A stretch of DNA of 39,764 nucleotides. Origin: Thermoplasmata archaeon (lineage in GTDB: Archaea > Thermoplasmatota > Thermoplasmata > RBG-16-68-12 > JAJISG01). The stretch lies in assembly GCA_046759865.1 (NCBI GenBank), contig JBHIDB010000003.1, positions 1 to 39,764 on the forward strand, written 5' to 3'. A model generated the notes under the pieces. That model ran no database searches. It was given only the letters and a program-made list of their open reading frames with translations, and had not been told where the DNA came from. This document shows positions 35,999 to 39,764 of this stretch, one piece after another (position 1 is the first letter of the stretch; each line of letters begins with the position of its first letter). A program made the position numbers and the translations under genes.

Positions 35999-37233
35999 AG
36001 GATATTGGGCTTTCAGAAGGCGGTCGGCTGCGGGTAGAGTGGGCCCTCGACCACATGCCAGTTCTTGCAAAACTTCGAAAGGAATACGGGCCCAAAAAAC
36101 CCCTGGAGGGCTACCGCATAGGTGGCGCCATCCACGTCACGAAGGAGACGGCCTCGCTCATCCATACGCTCCGCGAGCTTGGGGCGGAGGTTTCTTGGTG
36201 CGGCTGCAACCCCCTGAGCACGCAGGATGATGTGGCCGCCTCTCTCGCAGAGGACGGGATTTCGGTCTTCGCATGGAGGGGACTGTCGGAAGAGCAGTAC
36301 TACTGGTGCATAGACCGCGTGTGCAAGACCAAGCCTCATTTCACGATGGATGACGGGGCTGACCTGGTGTTCTGGATCCACGAGAAACTTCCGAGGCTCA
36401 TTTCAGGGGTGGTTGGCGGGACAGAGGAGACCACCACGGGGGTCAAGAGACTCAAGAACATGGCGAGGGACGGTGCCCTCAGATATCCTATCATTGCCGT
36501 GAACAACGCCCAGACGAAGCAGGACTTTGACAACGTGTACGGCACAGCCCAGGGCACGATGGACGCCATAATGCGTGCAACCTCCGTGATGATCGCGGGC
36601 CAGACAGTTGTCGTGGCCGGTTACGGGCACTGTGGCCGCGGCGTCGCCATGAGGGCTCACGGCATGGGAGCCGATGTTATCGTGACAGAGGTGAACCCCA
36701 TCTATGCACTCCAGGCGGCCATGAACGGCTTCAGGGTGATGAGCATGGATGATGCCATCGAGCAGGGTGACATCTTCATAACAGCAACTGGTTGCAAGTC
36801 CATAATAACCCGAAACCACTTCCCTCGCCTCAAGGACGGGGCCATACTGGTGAACGTCGGTCATTTCGACGTCGAGGTAAGGGTGGACCAACTCGAAGAG
36901 TATGCCCTCGAGAAGACGGAAATCCGCCCCAACACAGAGCAGTTCCTCCTTCCCGGAAGGAGGAAGGTCTATTTGATCGCGCAGGGTCGCCTGGCCAACC
37001 TGGGCGCGGCCGAGGGCCACCCAAGCGGGGTTATGGACCTTTCCTTCTCAAACCAGGTCCTTGCCCTCATAGAATTGTCCCGGGGCAAGTTCACCGAGCC
37101 AGGGGTGTACGAGATTTCAAGAGAGCAGGACGAGAGAATAGCTCAGGACAAGCTCGAGGCAATGGGCATCAGCATCGACTCACTTACAGAGGAGCAGGAC
37201 GCGTATCTTCGGGGCTGGAAAGAAGGGACTTAG
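35983..37233 (+). CDS. ahcY: Adenosylhomocysteinase (SAH/SIH hydrolase)
   Basis: CNPLSTQDD, DDGAD, EETTTG, FDNVYGT, GYGHCG, GHFD and EGHP motifs. Confidence 0.95.
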   Translation: MDYKVKDIGLSEGGRLRVEWALDHMPVLAKLRKEYGPKKPLEGYRIGGAIHVTKETASLIHTLRELGAEVSWCGCNPLSTQDDVAASLAEDGISVFAWRGLSEEQYYWCIDRVCKTKPHFTMDDGADLVFWIHEKLPRLISGVVGGTEETTTGVKRLKNMARDGALRYPIIAVNNAQTKQDFDNVYGTAQGTMDAIMRATSVMIAGQTVVVAGYGHCGRGVAMRAHGMGADVIVTEVNPIYALQAAMNGFRVMSMDDAIEQGDIFITATGCKSIITRNHFPRLKDGAILVNVGHFDVEVRVDQLEEYALEKTEIRPNTEQFLLPGRRKVYLIAQGRLANLGAAEGHPSGVMDLSFSNQVLALIELSRGKFTEPGVYEISREQDERIAQDKLEAMGISIDSLTEEQDAYLRGWKEGT

Positions 37234-37304
37234 TAACAGGTTTCCATAGATCCCCTATTAGGGGCTGTAACGCCGCAGGTCGTGCCAAGGAGTCCACGAG
37301 CAGC

Positions 37305-38558
37305 TCACCTCTCCTTCAGGCCCTGGGCCCGTTTCTCGGCCTGCTCGACGATTTCCACCTCCCCCTCCACGTGGCCCCCGCGCATGAGGAGGCGTCCGTC
37401 GCAGATCACGGTGTCCACGACGGACCCGTTGGCGGCGTATGCCACGAGGGACGTGAGGTTGTGCCGGGGGACCAGCTGGGGATTCTGCAGGTCGATGAGG
37501 ATGAGGTCGGCAAGCTTCCCTTCCTCGAGACGACCGGTGGGAAGGTCTAGGGCGTCCGCCCCGCCCTCCGTGGCCATTTTCCACGCCTCCCCGGCCGGAA
37601 GGAGGGTGGGCTCGCCCGCGGCAAATTTCTGCAGTAGGGAGGCCAGTTTCACCTCCTCGAACATGTCCAGGTTGTTGTTCGACGCGGCTCCGTCCGTGCC
37701 GAGGCCCATCGTAACGCCCGCCGCTCGCAGGGCCTGATAAGGGAAGGCCCGTCCCACGCCCAGCTTCATGTTGGACGTCGGGTTGTGGATGGCCCTCACC
37801 CCTCGCTCCCCAAGGATGCCGGCACCTCGTTCTCCGATCCACACGCAGTGGGCGGCCACGAGCCAATCCCCCAGAAAACCCATCTCGTCGAGGGCGCGGA
37901 CGGGCCCCTTCCCATACCGCTCCCTGGATGCCTCCACATCGCGTTCCGTCTCGGCCAGGTGGAAGTGGATCTTCACCCCTTCATCTAGGGCCAGACCTCT
38001 GGCGGCCGTCAGGGTGGCCCCCGAGACCATGGACATCGCGTGAGGACCGACGGCGGCCTGGACGCGGGGGTTCCGCAAGTTCCGGATGAACCGAAGGAAT
38101 CCCTCCGTGGCCTTCAGCTCCGCCTCTGCCTTCCTCTCGTCGAAGTGGTCGATGATCCCGTAGGAGAGGACTGCCCGGAGGCCGGTGTCCGCGACGGCCC
38201 GGGCGGCTTCCTCCATGAAGAAGTACATGTCGTTGAAGGTCGTCGTGCCGCTTCGGATCATCTCCAGGCAGGCGAGCTTCGTCCCCCAGTAGACGTCTTC
38301 AGGCCGGAACTTCGCCTCCAGGGGCCAGATCCGCTGCTCCAACCACTCCTGGAGATTCATGTCGTCGGCATAGCTCCGCAGCAAGGTCATCGGGGCGTGG
38401 GTATGTCCGTTGACCAGCCCTGGGAGGCAGGCCTTTTGCCGCCCATCAATGACGACGTCGGCTTCCTGACGCCGCCCGATCGCCGCGATGCGATCCTCCT
38501 CCACGTACACGTCCTGGGGGCGCCCGTCCACCAGCGCGTCCCGGATGAGAATGCTCAC
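37305..38558 (-). CDS. mtaD: MTA/SAH/5'-deoxyadenosine deaminase (MtaD/DadD amidohydrolase)
   Basis: NGHTH, HFHLAET, AAHCV, SNMKL and LGTDGAASNN motifs. Confidence 0.88.
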   Translation of the reverse strand: MSILIRDALVDGRPQDVYVEEDRIAAIGRRQEADVVIDGRQKACLPGLVNGHTHAPMTLLRSYADDMNLQEWLEQRIWPLEAKFRPEDVYWGTKLACLEMIRSGTTTFNDMYFFMEEAARAVADTGLRAVLSYGIIDHFDERKAEAELKATEGFLRFIRNLRNPRVQAAVGPHAMSMVSGATLTAARGLALDEGVKIHFHLAETERDVEASRERYGKGPVRALDEMGFLGDWLVAAHCVWIGERGAGILGERGVRAIHNPTSNMKLGVGRAFPYQALRAAGVTMGLGTDGAASNNNLDMFEEVKLASLLQKFAAGEPTLLPAGEAWKMATEGGADALDLPTGRLEEGKLADLILIDLQNPQLVPRHNLTSLVAYAANGSVVDTVICDGRLLMRGGHVEGEVEIVEQAEKRAQGLKER

Positions 38559-38677
38559 GGCACCGCCCCCAGGAACGCGCGCACCCCGTCCTGGACGACC
38601 TCTGCGTTCGACTCCTGGGTGGCCCGAATGTCTTCGAAGGTCAACGTTTCCATCGTAATCCCGTTGCAGTAGTTGTA
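38555..38677 (-). pseudogene. C-terminal remnant of a PNP/MTIP-family nucleoside phosphorylase
   Basis: YNYCNGITMETLTFEDIRATQESNAEVVQDGVRAFL resembles the phosphorylase C-terminus (NxxxG plus final helices); its stop overlaps the mtaD GTG. Confidence 0.55.
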
Positions 38678-38727
38678 GCCCAGGCGGGTGGTCACCGGCG
38701 TCGGAATCCTCTCGCTGATAGACGGTT

Positions 38728-39764
38728 TCACAGGAGGTTGATGAGCACGTTCTTCACGCGCGAATAGTGGTAGACTGCGTCGAGGCCCTGCTCCCTCCCG
38801 ATGCCGCTCTCCTTGTACCCACCGAAGGGCGTCTGGGGGAAGGTAATGGGGTACTCGTTGACCGACACGATCCCGGCCTGCAAGCGGGCCGCCATCCGGT
38901 GGGCCCGGGCCAGGTCGCGCGTCCAAACCCCCGCGCAGAGGCCGAAGCCCGTGTCGTTGGCGATCTGAATCGCCTCCTCCTCGTCCTCAAAGGCCAACAC
39001 GCTGAGCACGGGCCCGAAGATCTCCTCCCTGGCGATGGTCATGTCGGGGGTCACCTCGGTGAACACGGTCGGTCGGACGAAGTTGCCCTTCGCGAGGGCT
39101 CCCTCCTCCACCTTCCCGCCTCCCGCCAGGAGGGTTGCGCCCTCGGCCCGTCCAAGCTCGATGTACTTCAGGACCTGCCCTTCCTGTTCCGGGGAGATGA
39201 GGGGTCCCATCTGGCTTTCCTTCGCCGAGCCGGGCCCGACCACGAGGCTGTCAGCCTCCGCCTTGAGTTCCCTGAGGAAGGCGTCCTGCTCCGACGCCGG
39301 CAAGAGGAGACGGGACCCCGCCCAGCACATCTGTCCCGCGTTTGTGAAGATCCCGCGAACGGCGCCCCGCTGGGCGCGGGCAAGGTCGGCGTCCTCCATG
39401 ACGACGTTGGGACACTTGCCCCCCAGCTCCAGAATCACTGGGACGATGTGTTCGGCGGCCGCCCGCATGATTGCCCGCCCCGTGTCCACAGAACCTGTGA
39501 ACGTGATGCCGTCGATTTCGGGGTGCCCGGCCAACGCCTGCCCCGTCTCTCGGCCCGATCCAGAGACGACGTTGAGGACCCCGTTTGGGAGCCCTGCCTC
39601 CTTGGCCAGCTCCGCGAGTCTCAGGTTCGTTAGCGGGGCGGCGCTCGATGGCTTGACTACGGCCGTGTTCCCCGCCGCCAAGGCAGGCGAGATGCCCCGG
39701 GAACCCAGAACCAGGGGGTAGTTCCACGGAACGATGTGGGCCGTGACCCCCAGCGGCTCCACCC
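38728..39764 (-). CDS. NAD(P)-dependent aldehyde dehydrogenase (5' end outside the window)
   Basis: PWNYP, KPS, FTGS, ELGGK, GQMCW, EEIFGP and PFGGYKESG motifs. Confidence 0.95.
   Translation of the reverse strand, partial: VEPLGVTAHIVPWNYPLVLGSRGISPALAAGNTAVVKPSSAAPLTNLRLAELAKEAGLPNGVLNVVSGSGRETGQALAGHPEIDGITFTGSVDTGRAIMRAAAEHIVPVILELGGKCPNVVMEDADLARAQRGAVRGIFTNAGQMCWAGSRLLLPASEQDAFLRELKAEADSLVVGPGSAKESQMGPLISPEQEGQVLKYIELGRAEGATLLAGGGKVEEGALAKGNFVRPTVFTEVTPDMTIAREEIFGPVLSVLAFEDEEEAIQIANDTGFGLCAGVWTRDLARAHRMAARLQAGIVSVNEYPITFPQTPFGGYKESGIGREQGLDAVYHYSRVKNVLINLL

Noticed and set aside
37233-37271. Short palindrome CCCCT-ATT-AGGGG between convergent ahcY and mtaD
   Set aside because: Too short to call as a terminator or attachment site.
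1-39764. Numerous long Arg/Pro/Gly-rich alternative-frame ORFs; CRISPR, rRNA, transposases
   Set aside because: The alternative ORFs are GC-rich shadows of real genes; no repeat-spacer array, rRNA or transposase motif was seen.

Overview
High-GC archaeal chromosomal segment, most likely Thermoplasmata-like (inferred from Hel308, class I LysRS, PurP, DTD2, PAC2, GvpD-like ATPase, HTH-10 regulator, TATA promoters and an intron-containing tRNA). It holds about 40 genes, mostly housekeeping. These include a partial ClC, hel308 with a LAGLIDADG intein, DUF885, gfcR-lysS-methyltransferase-tRNA-Gln(CUG), a split MgtE/PhoU-RCK_C operon, purP, kptA-dtdA, a proteostasis cluster, korAB, Nudix, polX, trxB, a Rieske ferredoxin and a partial ALDH. 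Main points of interest: (1) an alkyl-DHAP synthase-like / GlpD-like / lipid kinase operon suggesting non-archaeal-type ether-lipid metabolism; (2) up to five ORFs whose best-placed start is an ACG codon behind a Shine-Dalgarno motif; (3) a SAM by-product/purine salvage cluster with a compositionally foreign two-kinase + ahcY block and a phosphorylase remnant; (4) several unannotated zinc-binding microproteins and decayed genes; (5) an apparent intein co-conversion tract; (6) an HSR1-like operator at hsp20. All calls come from manual motif reading; no database searches or computations were run.
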